A stretch of DNA of 64,000 nt from Lysobacter sp. Lineage in GTDB: Bacteria; Pseudomonadota; Gammaproteobacteria; Xanthomonadales; Xanthomonadaceae. Positions 41,945-50,314 of this stretch are shown piece after piece; positions within the stretch are counted from its first letter, which is position 1, and each line of letters begins with the position of its first letter. The notes beneath the pieces are model-generated. The model was not told where the DNA came from, ran no database searches, and worked only from the letters and a program-made list of their open reading frames with translations. The position numbers were made by a program, and so were the translations under genes. The stretch lies in assembly GCA_044464395.1 (NCBI GenBank), contig JBIQLI010000001.1:94509-158508 (forward strand), read 5' to 3'.

Positions 41945-42669
41945 GTCAGGGGCAGCGCGTCACCATGCATCATCGCGGGATCGGATTCGCTGACGACGCA
42001 TCCGTCGAGCAACCGCACCCGCCGCCCCGCCCGCGCCGCCAACACCGGATCGTGCGTCACCATCACGATCGTCGTGCCGCGTTCGTTGAGCCGTTCCAGC
42101 AACTCCAGGATTTCCTGCGCCATGGCCGAGTCCAGGTTGCCGGTCGGCTCGTCGGCCAGCAGCAGGCTCGGCTCGGTCACGATCGCCCGTGCGATCGCGG
42201 CACGCTGCTGCTGGCCACCCGAGAGCTGGGACGGGAAATGCTCCATCCGCGTGCCCAGCCCCACCATGTGAAGTGCCGCATCCGTGCGGCGCCTGCGCTC
42301 GGCCGCCGGCATGCCGCCATAGCGCAGCGGCAGTTCGACGTTGTTGCGCAGATCCAGCTCCGGGATCAGGTTGAACGACTGGAAGACGAAGCCGATGCTG
42401 CGCGCGCGCAACTCGCTGCGCTGCCGGTCCGAGAGCGCCTCCACCGGCTGTCCGTCCAGCAGGTAGCTGCCGGCGCTGGCGGTCTCCAGCAGTCCGGCAA
42501 TGCTCAGGAAGGTGGTCTTGCCCGAACCCGAGGGCCCGGTCACGGCGACGAACTCGCCCGGCTTCACCACAAGGTCGAACCCGCGCAGCGCATGGGTTTC
42601 GACCAGGTCGGTGCGGTAGGCCATCGAGATGCCACGCATCTCGAGGATCGGCGTCGCTTCCTTGCGCAT
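41941..42669 (-). CDS. ABC transporter ATP-binding protein (MacB/LolD type)
   Basis: GGAGGA lies 3 nt upstream of ATG 42669. GPSGSGKTT, LSGGQQQR and [12 protein letters not shown]. Confidence 0.9.
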   Translation of the reverse strand: MRKEATPILEMRGISMAYRTDLVETHALRGFDLVVKPGEFVAVTGPSGSGKTTFLSIAGLLETASAGSYLLDGQPVEALSDRQRSELRARSIGFVFQSFNLIPELDLRNNVELPLRYGGMPAAERRRRTDAALHMVGLGTRMEHFPSQLSGGQQQRAAIARAIVTEPSLLLADEPTGNLDSAMAQEILELLERLNERGTTIVMVTHDPVLAARAGRRVRLLDGCVVSESDPAMMHGDALPLT

Positions 42670-42890
42670 GCGTCCTCCGCGGGATGCGTCCATGCATCCG
42701 GTGGGCAGACATTAACCCGCCGCGAAGCCCGCGCAAAGACTTTGAACAGGGGTCACGCCCACCTGCATGAACGGTTCGTCGCGCAACGCGCGAATTTAGT
42801 TTCGGCCTCACGGGAATTCGACCCGCGCTCGCTCAAAGTCGTAGCTGCCGGCACATCCCCCCACGCCGGTTTCCAAGAGGAGAGAACGCG

Positions 42891-43103
42891 ATGACCAACC
42901 AGAACCGTCACCAAGGCGGCGGCAATCGCCAGGAAGGCAACAACCGCCAGGACAGCGGCAATCGCCAGCAGCAGGCCAGCGGCCGCCAGGAAGGCATGGG
43001 TCGCGAAGGCAAGGGTAGCCAGCAGGCTTCCGGCCGCCAGGGCGGCGACCAGGAAAACCAGGGCCGCCAGGGCAACCAGAGCAGCAATACCCGCAATCGC
43101 TGA
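42891..43103 (+). CDS. Small Gln/Gly/Arg/Asn-rich hydrophilic protein (stress-hydrophilin-like, unassigned)
   Basis: Strong SD (AAGAGGAGAG) and a rho-independent terminator directly downstream. 70 aa with no hydrophobic core: MTNQNRHQGGGNRQEGNNRQDSGNRQQQASGRQEG…. Confidence 0.6.
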   Translation: MTNQNRHQGGGNRQEGNNRQDSGNRQQQASGRQEGMGREGKGSQQASGRQGGDQENQGRQGNQSSNTRNR

Positions 43104-43114
43104 CCTCGATGGCG

Positions 43115-43152
43115 AACGACCGGAGGGCGCTGCCCTCCGGTCGTTTTCTTTT
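43115..43152 (+). terminator. Rho-independent terminator
   Basis: AACGACCGGAGGG-CGCTG-CCCTCCGGTCGTT followed by TTCTTTT. Confidence 0.8.
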
Positions 43153-43181
43153 GCCTGGCGGGCATTGCCCGCCGACCGCAA

Positions 43182-43703
43182 CTACTGCACGAACTTGTTC
43201 GAAACCATGCTGGCACCGGTCTTGTTCGCGGCCTCGGCCAGCACCGCCATCGCCTCCGGCGAGCGCTTCCATTCCTCGTACTGCACGTCCATGTCCGCGC
43301 GTTCCTCGGCGCTGAACAGCTCGCGCGCCATCTTGAACATGGTCTTCTCTTCTTCCTTGGCGTGGTGGTCGATGAACTCGCCGAACACCTTGCTGCGGCC
43401 GGCGAACTCCGGCGTGGTGACCTCGGCGCCGTGCACGTCCGGCATCACCGTCTGCTCCACCGCGCGGTGTTCTTCCACCGCCTCGGCGTAGGTCTGCAGG
43501 CCTTCGCGGTCGGCGCGCTGCTTGAACGCCGGGTAGAACACTTCCTCTTCCCACTTGGCGTGCGGCAGCAGGTTCTCGTCGATCTTCTTCAGCAGTTCCG
43601 TGCGCGTCTTGCTGGCGCGGTCGGTCGTGGACTTCATCTCCTTGAAGAGGTCACGCAGCATGTCGTGTTCCTGCTTCAGGGTCTTGAGGATGTCGCGCGG
43701 CAT
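43182..43703 (-). CDS. Hemerythrin HHE cation-binding domain protein
   Basis: AAGGAAG SD precedes ATG 43703. His/Glu ligand pattern (…QEHDML…, LPHAKWEEEVFYP, EEHRAVE, IDHHAKEEE). Confidence 0.75.
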   Translation of the reverse strand: MPRDILKTLKQEHDMLRDLFKEMKSTTDRASKTRTELLKKIDENLLPHAKWEEEVFYPAFKQRADREGLQTYAEAVEEHRAVEQTVMPDVHGAEVTTPEFAGRSKVFGEFIDHHAKEEEKTMFKMARELFSAEERADMDVQYEEWKRSPEAMAVLAEAANKTGASMVSNKFVQ

Positions 43704-43784
43704 CGTGGGCTTCCTTGTGTGGTGGGGGAAGCCCACAGACTCGGCCGCGAACCGTCGAAAAGCCGTGAACCGGCGTGCGTGCGT

Positions 43785-45170
43785 TCAGGCCTGCGCGGCG
43801 ACCTGCCGCCGCGCTTCGGCGAGCAGCGCGACCAGCGCGTCGATGTCGGCATCGGTGGTCCGCCAGGAACTGACGCTCAGGCGCATCGCGGAGCGCCCCT
43901 GCCAGCGGGAGCTGCCGAACCAGGCCTTGCCCCCGGCGATCGCCGCCTCGCGGATCGCGTCGGTGGTGGCGTCGTCGGTGCCCCGCGCGAGGACCTGGTT
44001 GAGCACCACCCGGTTGGGGACCTCCAGGCCCGCGGCGCGCAGGCCATCGCGCAGGCGCGCAGCCTGCCGGCAGTGGCTTTCGACCATCCGCGCCACGCCG
44101 CCGCGGCCGAGCGAGCGCAAGGCCGCCCAGACCGGGATCCCGCGCGCGCGGCGCGAGAATTCCAGGCCCAGGTTCTTCTGGCTGTCCGCGGCGGCCGCGG
44201 AATAGGCGGCATCCGCGTTCATCGCCGCTGCCAGCGCCGCGGCGTCCCGGCAGATCGCCATGGCGCCGTCGTAAGGCGTGTTCAGCCACTTGTGCGCGTC
44301 GGTGGTCCAGCTGTCGGCGCCCTCCGCGCCCTCGGCGAGCGCGCGCAGGTCGCGGCTGGCCCGGGCCCACAGTCCGAACGCGCCGTCCACGTGCACCCAG
44401 GCGCCGGCATCGCGCGCGCGGGCGATGAGCGGGACGAAGGGATCGAATTCGCCGCTGTTCACTTCGCCCGCCTGCAGGCACAGCAGGGTTGCTTCGTCCA
44501 GCGGCGGCAGCCGCGCCGGAGCCACGCGCCCATGGGCGTCGACCTCGGCGTACTCCACGTTGGCCAGGCCGAAGCCGAGCACGCGCAGCGCCTTGAGCAC
44601 GGTGATGTGCACCAGCCGCGACACCACCACGCGCAGGCGCGGTGCGCCCGCCAGGCCATCGCGGTCGATGTCCCAGCCCTGCCGGGCGAGCAGTTCGCGC
44701 CGCGCCGCCGCCAGGCACGCAATGGTGCAAGCGGTGGCCGAGGTCCCGAAGCTCACCGCCGATTCGCGTGGCAGGTCCAGGATCTCCAGCACCCACCGGC
44801 CGGCGATCCGCTCCAGGGTGTCGGCCACCGGCGAGTTGTTGAAGCTCGAGGCGCACTGGTCCCAGGCCAGCATCAGCCGCTCGGCCGCCGCGGCCTGCGG
44901 CAGCGCGGCGCCGATCACGAAGCCGTAGTAGTGCGGGCCGTTCGAGGCCACGGTGGCGGGGCTGCCGGCGTCGTCCAGCAGGGCGAGGGTCTCCAGGCCA
45001 GGGTGGCTGGACTCCGGCAAGGGCTCGTCGAAGCGGCCCAACCCCCGCAGGGCTTCGGCGTCCGGGAATACCGGGCGCGCCCGCACGCCCGCCAGGTAGC
45101 GTGCGGCGCGCGCGTCGGCATCGCGCAGCAGGGCAAGTTCGTCCATGGCGTTGTCGGGACGCGGCTCCAT
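43785..45170 (-). CDS. Group II pyridoxal-phosphate-dependent decarboxylase
   Basis: The PLP-lysine motif TTDAHKWLNTPYD is present, and the size (461 aa) fits. The ATG overlaps the upstream stop (TGATG). Confidence 0.8.
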   Translation of the reverse strand: MEPRPDNAMDELALLRDADARAARYLAGVRARPVFPDAEALRGLGRFDEPLPESSHPGLETLALLDDAGSPATVASNGPHYYGFVIGAALPQAAAAERLMLAWDQCASSFNNSPVADTLERIAGRWVLEILDLPRESAVSFGTSATACTIACLAAARRELLARQGWDIDRDGLAGAPRLRVVVSRLVHITVLKALRVLGFGLANVEYAEVDAHGRVAPARLPPLDEATLLCLQAGEVNSGEFDPFVPLIARARDAGAWVHVDGAFGLWARASRDLRALAEGAEGADSWTTDAHKWLNTPYDGAMAICRDAAALAAAMNADAAYSAAAADSQKNLGLEFSRRARGIPVWAALRSLGRGGVARMVESHCRQAARLRDGLRAAGLEVPNRVVLNQVLARGTDDATTDAIREAAIAGGKAWFGSSRWQGRSAMRLSVSSWRTTDADIDALVALLAEARRQVAAQA

Positions 45171-45991
45171 CAGGCACTCCGAAGCAGTGGCACCGGCTCG
45201 ATGATGCGCTCGAGCACGGCGGCGGTGGCCAGCGGATCGGGCGACGCCTGCCGGCAGGCCGCCTCGAGCAGGCGCACGAGGCCCGCGGCATCGTCGGCCA
45301 CCGGCAGGTGCGCGCCCAGCACGGCGGTGGGATCCAGCCGCGCCAACGCCGACAGGCTGCGCGCCCGTACCGCCGGATCCAGGGACGCCAGCCACGGCGC
45401 ATCGATGGCCGACCATGCCGCCATGCCGGCGACGAGATCCTCCTCGCGCGCATCCGCAAGTGCATGCACCGGGGCCGGCAGCGGGGCGCCGAAGCTGTCG
45501 ACGGCATACAGCACGTCCGCCATCTCGTCATAGAAGCCGAGCGTCTCCGGGGCGTCGTAGTACGGCGGGCGCAGCGGATGCAGTGCGCGGTCGCCCAGGT
45601 CCACCACCTCGCCCGGCGCGAGCACGCGGAAGCGGCTGGTGTCGACGCCGCGCAGTTCCAGCTTGGCCTTCGCCAGGAACCCGGCGAGGACCTGCGCCTT
45701 CGGGGCCATCGCGAGCAGGCGCTCGAGGTTGCCGGTGTGGTCCGGGTCCGCGTGGCTGAGCCAGATCCAGCGCAGCTCGGTGGGGTCGACGACCCCGGAC
45801 AGTGCCGCGAGGAGCGGGTCGCCGAGCGCGGCGATGCCGGTGTCGACCAGCATCGGCTCGCGGCCGGCGAGGACGAAGGTGTTGACTGGCAGGGCGCCGA
45901 GGCCGGGCAGTGGCACCCAGGCGGGCAGGACGGACCAGCCACCGGCCACGGGCGCGGCTGCGAGCTGGCGGGGCGCTTCGAGGGAGTGCAT
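45170..45991 (-). CDS. MBL-fold metallo-hydrolase
   Basis: WLSHADPDHTGN (a variant of HxHxDH). Start is set at ATG 45991, because the alternative ATG 46042 falls inside the putative promoter spacer. Confidence 0.75.
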   Translation of the reverse strand: MHSLEAPRQLAAAPVAGGWSVLPAWVPLPGLGALPVNTFVLAGREPMLVDTGIAALGDPLLAALSGVVDPTELRWIWLSHADPDHTGNLERLLAMAPKAQVLAGFLAKAKLELRGVDTSRFRVLAPGEVVDLGDRALHPLRPPYYDAPETLGFYDEMADVLYAVDSFGAPLPAPVHALADAREEDLVAGMAAWSAIDAPWLASLDPAVRARSLSALARLDPTAVLGAHLPVADDAAGLVRLLEAACRQASPDPLATAAVLERIIEPVPLLRSA

Positions 45992-46064
45992 GGGGGAACC
46001 TTTTGGGTAAACAGCGGTGTGCTGCCAAATCAGGTTAGGCATGGCGCCCGGCGCTTGTCAATAG

Positions 46065-46090
46065 TTCAGTGAACAGATATGATCACTGAA
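46065..46090. promoter_or_regulatory. Putative TetR operator: 8-bp perfect inverted repeat
   Basis: TTCAGTGA-N10-TCACTGAA in the divergent intergenic region. It abuts the tetR ATG and lies next to a TTGACA (minus strand, 46061-46056). Confidence 0.5.
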
Positions 46091-46686
46091 TGACCGAGAA
46101 GCGCCCCTACCGCATGCGCCGCCGGGCCGAGGCCCAGGACCAGACCCGGCGCCGCATCCTCGAGGCCGTAATGCAGCTGCACGAGGAAGTCGGGCCCAAG
46201 GCCACCAGCATCAGCGCGATCGCCGAGCGCGCCGGGGTACAACGGCTGACCGTCTATCGCCATTTCCCGGACGATGACGCCCTGATCCTGGCGTGCAGCG
46301 GCGAGTGGATCCAGCGCAATCCGCCGCCGGATCCGGGCCGCTGGCAGGCACTCGCGGATCCTGCGAAGCAGGTGCGCACCGCGCTGGCCGAGTTCTACCG
46401 CTATTACCGGCGCACCGCCCGCATGTGGTCGGCGGTGCATCGCGACGCGGCGGATGTGCCGGCGCTTGGTGAGCCCATGGGCGGCTATGCGGCGGTGCTC
46501 GACGCGGTCGCCGGCGAGCTGGCGGGCCCGTTTTCAGGGCGGCGCGCGAAAGCGCAGGCCCGTGCCACGTTGCGCCATGCGCTGGAGTTCCCCACCTGGG
46601 ACGCACTCGAGCGCCAGGGCCTGGGCGACGCCGCCAAGGTGGCGCTGGTGGATCGTTGGTTGCAAGGCATCGAAGCGGGCGCGTGA
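46090..46686 (+). CDS. TetR/AcrR-family transcriptional regulator
   Basis: N-terminal HTH: RRRILEAVMQLHEEVGPKATSISAIAERAGVQRLTVYRHF. Confidence 0.88.
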   Translation: MTEKRPYRMRRRAEAQDQTRRRILEAVMQLHEEVGPKATSISAIAERAGVQRLTVYRHFPDDDALILACSGEWIQRNPPPDPGRWQALADPAKQVRTALAEFYRYYRRTARMWSAVHRDAADVPALGEPMGGYAAVLDAVAGELAGPFSGRRAKAQARATLRHALEFPTWDALERQGLGDAAKVALVDRWLQGIEAGA

Positions 46687-46712
46687 GGCGTCGCAAACGC
46701 AGGGGCAGGACC

Positions 46713-47285
46713 ATGCAGATCGAACAGGCACAACGTGAAATGCGCACCCGCTTTGCCGGCGGGTTGTACGGGCAGGCCGTGTCCGGCGTGCTCTGGCTGG
46801 GCTCGGCGTTTCTGGCGCAGGTGCAGGGGCCCAGGCCGGCGATCCTGTTGCTGGTGCTCGGCGGGTTCCTGATCTTCCCGCTGACCGAAGCGCTGGTGCG
46901 ATTGCGCGGAGGCGCGCCGCTGTCGCGCGACAATGCACTGAAGCAGCTCGGAATGCAGGTGGCCTTCGTGCTGCCGCTGTCGATGCCGCTCCTGCTGCCG
47001 GTGGCGCAGTTCAAATTGTCGCTGTTCTACCCGGCGATGATGATCCTGCTGGGCGCGCACTACGTGCCGTTCGTATTCCTGTACGGCATGCGCCTGTTCG
47101 CAGTGCTTGCGGCGTTGCTGGTCGGCGCCGGCGTGGCGATCGCCATGCTGCTGCCGCAGGCGGCGTTTGCCGCGGGCGCCTGGTATACCGGCGCGGTGTT
47201 GCTGGTGTGCGCAGCGGTGGGCGGCGCGCTGTCCCGTCGCGAACAGCGCGCCGCGGTGACGCCGGCCTACGGTGCCGGCGCGTAA
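46713..47285 (+). CDS. Hypothetical polytopic inner-membrane protein
   Basis: 190 aa with 5-6 hydrophobic segments. I recognise no family motif. Confidence 0.5.
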   Translation: MQIEQAQREMRTRFAGGLYGQAVSGVLWLGSAFLAQVQGPRPAILLLVLGGFLIFPLTEALVRLRGGAPLSRDNALKQLGMQVAFVLPLSMPLLLPVAQFKLSLFYPAMMILLGAHYVPFVFLYGMRLFAVLAALLVGAGVAIAMLLPQAAFAAGAWYTGAVLLVCAAVGGALSRREQRAAVTPAYGAGA

Positions 47286-49150
47286 CGCAGGGTCAGCGCG
47301 AACTCCCGCCCCGGCTGCGCGTAGTACGCCACCGTTTCGTACTCGCGGTCGAACGCGTTGCGCAGCGACGCCTGCAGGCGCCAGCCGGCCGCCAGCCTGG
47401 TTTCGGCGCGCAGGTCCACGGTGGCGTGCCCGGCCAGGCGCAGGGTGTTGCCGGCGTCGTCCCAGGCCTCGCCGCGGGCGATCAGCGTCGCGCCCACGCG
47501 CCAGCGGCCGAGGTCGCGGTCGGCGTCCACCCGCGCGCTGCGGCGGGCGCGGCGCGGCAGCAGCTTGCCGTCCAGCGCCGCGCTTTCGTTGCGCGGGTCC
47601 ATCCAGGTGGCCTGCGCGGCCAGCGTCCACCCTGCCAGTTCCGCGCCCGCGCCCAGTTCCAGCCCGCGGATCCGGCCCTGTTCGATGTTGTTGGCCACGA
47701 ACAGGTGCGGGTCGTAGACGATCAGGTCCTCGATCCGGGTGCGGTAGGCGTTGAGCTGCCAGTGGCGGTCGCCGTCGTGCCAGGCCAGGCCGACTTCGCT
47801 GCTGCGCGAGGTTTCCGGGCGCAGGTCGGGGTTGCCGTAGAACGGGTAGTACAGCTCGTTGAAGGTCGGCGCCTTGAACGCGGTGCCGTGGCTGGCGGTC
47901 AGGCGGAAGCCGGTGCCGATGTCCACGCCCCAGGCCACGCTGCCGGTGTCGTGGCCGCCGAACTGGTCGTTGTCGTCGTGACGCAGCGCGAGCTGCAGGT
48001 CGTGGCGGCCGAACGCGCCCTGGTACTGGGCGAAGCCGGCGCGGTTGCCGCGCGCCACCTGGAAGCTGGCGAACGGGCCGGACACGTCCGCGCGGTCGCG
48101 CGACCAGTCCAGGCCCGCGGTCAGGAGCTGCCCCGGGGCAAAGGTCCAGTCGGCCTGCAGGGCGGCGCTGTCGCGGGTGGTGGCGAAGCGGTCGCTGAAT
48201 TGGCCGGCCAGGAAGTTGTCCGAGCGGTCGGTGTTGCGCCCGCCGCTGAGTTGCAGCGCCAGCGCGCCGCCGTCGTCATGGCGCAGCTTGCCGCCGACCA
48301 CCTGCTGCACCGTGCTGGAGCTGTCGGGCAGGCCCCAGGCGGGATCGGCGTCGAACTGGTTGTGGCCTTCGCTGCGCAGCACCCGTGCGTCCGCGCTCCA
48401 GCCGGCGACCGGGCGCAAGCCGGCGCGCAGCGCCACCGCGTTCTGCTCGTAGCCGTCGCGGTCCGGGTCGGGCGTGTCCATGCCGCATCCGGCGAACACC
48501 GGCGCGCCGATGCCGCGGCACGCGTTGATGCCGTCGGTGCGCTGGTGGCTGGCGTCCACGCCGAACCAGGCGCGCGTGCCGCCCCAGTCCAGGCCGGCGC
48601 CGGCTTCGCGGAAGTGGTGGCTGCCCGCACCCAGGTGCGCACGGGGCTGCAGGCCTTCGCGCGCGCCGCGGGTGAACACCTGGATGACGCCGCCGATGGC
48701 TTCGCTGCCGTACAGGCTCGAGCGCGGGCCACGCACGATCTCGATGCGTTCGATCAGCTCCAGCGGCAGGTCCTGCAGCGCGGTGAGGCCCGACGTGGCC
48801 GAGCCCACGCGCACGCCGTCGATCAGGAACAGGGTGTGGTCGGATTCGGTGCCGCGCATGAACAGGGTGGAGACCTTGCCCGCGCCGCCCTGGTTGGCGA
48901 GGTCGATGCCGGCGCGGCCGCGCAGCAACGCCTGCAGCGAGGGCGCCTGGCTGCGCTCGATCTCCCCGCGGGTGATCACCTCCACGGCGGCCAGCGACTG
49001 GTCCACGGTGAGCGCGGTGCGGGTGCCGGTGACGACGACACGGTCGAGATCGGCGGTTTCGGAGGCGGTTTGTGCGGCCGCGGCCGCGGGAAGGGCCAGG
49101 CCGGCGGCCAGGGCAAGGAACAGGGGACGACGCGTATGCAGCAAGGTCAT
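47267..49150 (-). CDS. btuB: TonB-dependent vitamin B12 receptor
   Basis: Signal peptide, TonB box DLDRVVVTGTR, and plug motif …LFMRGTESDHTLFLIDGVRVGSATSG. A cobalamin riboswitch lies directly upstream. Confidence 0.88.
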   Translation of the reverse strand: MTLLHTRRPLFLALAAGLALPAAAAAQTASETADLDRVVVTGTRTALTVDQSLAAVEVITRGEIERSQAPSLQALLRGRAGIDLANQGGAGKVSTLFMRGTESDHTLFLIDGVRVGSATSGLTALQDLPLELIERIEIVRGPRSSLYGSEAIGGVIQVFTRGAREGLQPRAHLGAGSHHFREAGAGLDWGGTRAWFGVDASHQRTDGINACRGIGAPVFAGCGMDTPDPDRDGYEQNAVALRAGLRPVAGWSADARVLRSEGHNQFDADPAWGLPDSSSTVQQVVGGKLRHDDGGALALQLSGGRNTDRSDNFLAGQFSDRFATTRDSAALQADWTFAPGQLLTAGLDWSRDRADVSGPFASFQVARGNRAGFAQYQGAFGRHDLQLALRHDDNDQFGGHDTGSVAWGVDIGTGFRLTASHGTAFKAPTFNELYYPFYGNPDLRPETSRSSEVGLAWHDGDRHWQLNAYRTRIEDLIVYDPHLFVANNIEQGRIRGLELGAGAELAGWTLAAQATWMDPRNESAALDGKLLPRRARRSARVDADRDLGRWRVGATLIARGEAWDDAGNTLRLAGHATVDLRAETRLAAGWRLQASLRNAFDREYETVAYYAQPGREFALTLRYAPAP

Positions 49151-49284
49151 GTGGATGCGCTCCGGCGTGCACGCCCGCACGCCAAGGGGTTGGCGGGAGT
49201 CGCGTGCACGGGAGGCTTGCTGCGAGGGCGGACGCGGAGGGAGACCGACGAACGCCACCGCCACGGCGCCCTCCGCACCGCAAC

Positions 49285-49495
49285 CAGTCTGCTTCGTGGC
49301 CGGTCTCCGGACTTGCGAGCGGCAAGAACATTGTTCCTGCCTGGCGTGGCGCCTTCCCGTGCCTGGGCACAGTGGCCGATGCCACGCCTGTCTCTCGCCT
49401 ACCGTTGCGGGGGCAGTGCCGGAATGGCCGCGCGGGCGGCGTCACCGGCTTCCCGTTTCAACCCTGCGGCGCATGCCGCCGGGTCACCTCGAAGC
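49285..49495 (-). promoter_or_regulatory. Cobalamin riboswitch (5' leader of btuB)
   Basis: On the minus strand: B12 box AGTCCGGAGACCGGCC (49313-49298), upstream GGGAAGCCGGTGA and GCCACTG…GGGAAGG core elements, and a TACAAT -10-like box at 49508-49503. Confidence 0.85.
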
Positions 49496-49620
49496 GGGGG
49501 CGATTGTAGCGCAGGCCCGGAACCGCAAGCGGTTACGGTGTTCCCCCGTGTCTTTCGGCCCTTTGACGCTGGCTTCACGCCCCTGTAGGTTGCGGACCTT
49601 TGGACCTGGGGGACAAGGGA

Positions 49621-50304
49621 ATGGCACATCTGGTCGACATCTATCTGCAGCCCGGCAAGGTCTTCTCCGACCTGCGCGAGAAGCCCACCTTCCTGCTGCC
49701 GATGGCGCTGCTCATCATCGCGTCGGCGGTCATGCCGCTGTGGTACTTCCTGACGGTGGACCCGGACTGGTACCTGCAGCACATGATGCTGGCCTCGGGA
49801 CGGGACATGACCCCCGAGCAGATCCAGCAGGCGAGCGCGGTGTTGCCGGGGGCCCGGCTGATGGGCTGGATCGGCGCCGGCAGCGCGGCCGTGATGATCG
49901 CGCTGGTGTATTGCCTGTACGCGCTGTACCTGATGCTGGCCGGCAAGGTGACCGGCGGCAGCGTCTCGTTCAAGAAGGGCCTGAGCCTGATCAGCTGGTC
50001 GAGCATGCCCGGGCTGCTGGCCGTCGTCGTGGCGCTGGTGGGCATCGCCACCATGAAGCCGCAGACGTCGTTGGAATCGCTGATGCTCACCAACGTCGAC
50101 CCGCTGCTGGTGCAGCTTCCGCCGGACAGCCCGTGGCGGGCGTTGGCGCAGGGCTTCAGCCTGCTCAACTTCTGGTCGTGGTTCCTGCTGGCGCTGGGCT
50201 GGCGCGTGTTCAACCGCGCCGGGTGGCTGCAGTCGGCCATCGTCGCGTTGCTGCCCAGCGTGGTGATCTACGGCGGCATGGCGCTGTTCGCGCTCGCCAA
50301 ATAA
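49621..50304 (+). CDS. Yip1-domain membrane protein
   Basis: ATG 49621 follows AAGGGA. MAHLVDIYLQPGKVFSDLREKPTFLLPMAL…, with 5 TM segments. Confidence 0.75.
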   Translation: MAHLVDIYLQPGKVFSDLREKPTFLLPMALLIIASAVMPLWYFLTVDPDWYLQHMMLASGRDMTPEQIQQASAVLPGARLMGWIGAGSAAVMIALVYCLYALYLMLAGKVTGGSVSFKKGLSLISWSSMPGLLAVVVALVGIATMKPQTSLESLMLTNVDPLLVQLPPDSPWRALAQGFSLLNFWSWFLLALGWRVFNRAGWLQSAIVALLPSVVIYGGMALFALAK

Positions 50305-50314
50305 CGGAAGGCCG

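Noticed and set aside
42670-42890. A search for a sigma54 promoter or TGTCCGCGGACA-type palindrome upstream of the minus-strand ATPase-permease-peptide operon.
   Set aside because: I found no GG-N10-GC with a TGC context on the minus strand and no copy of the palindrome. Only a 6-3-6 inverted repeat (TCGCGC-AAC-GCGCGA) of unknown meaning is present.
45992-46042. A longer start (ATG 46042, MPNLIW…) for the MBL hydrolase, and ATG 35573 for the sigma54 regulator.
   Set aside because: Neither has an SD, and the 46042 ATG falls within the putative promoter spacer. The shorter forms begin at conventional N-termini (MPTILVIDD for the regulator). This remains uncertain.
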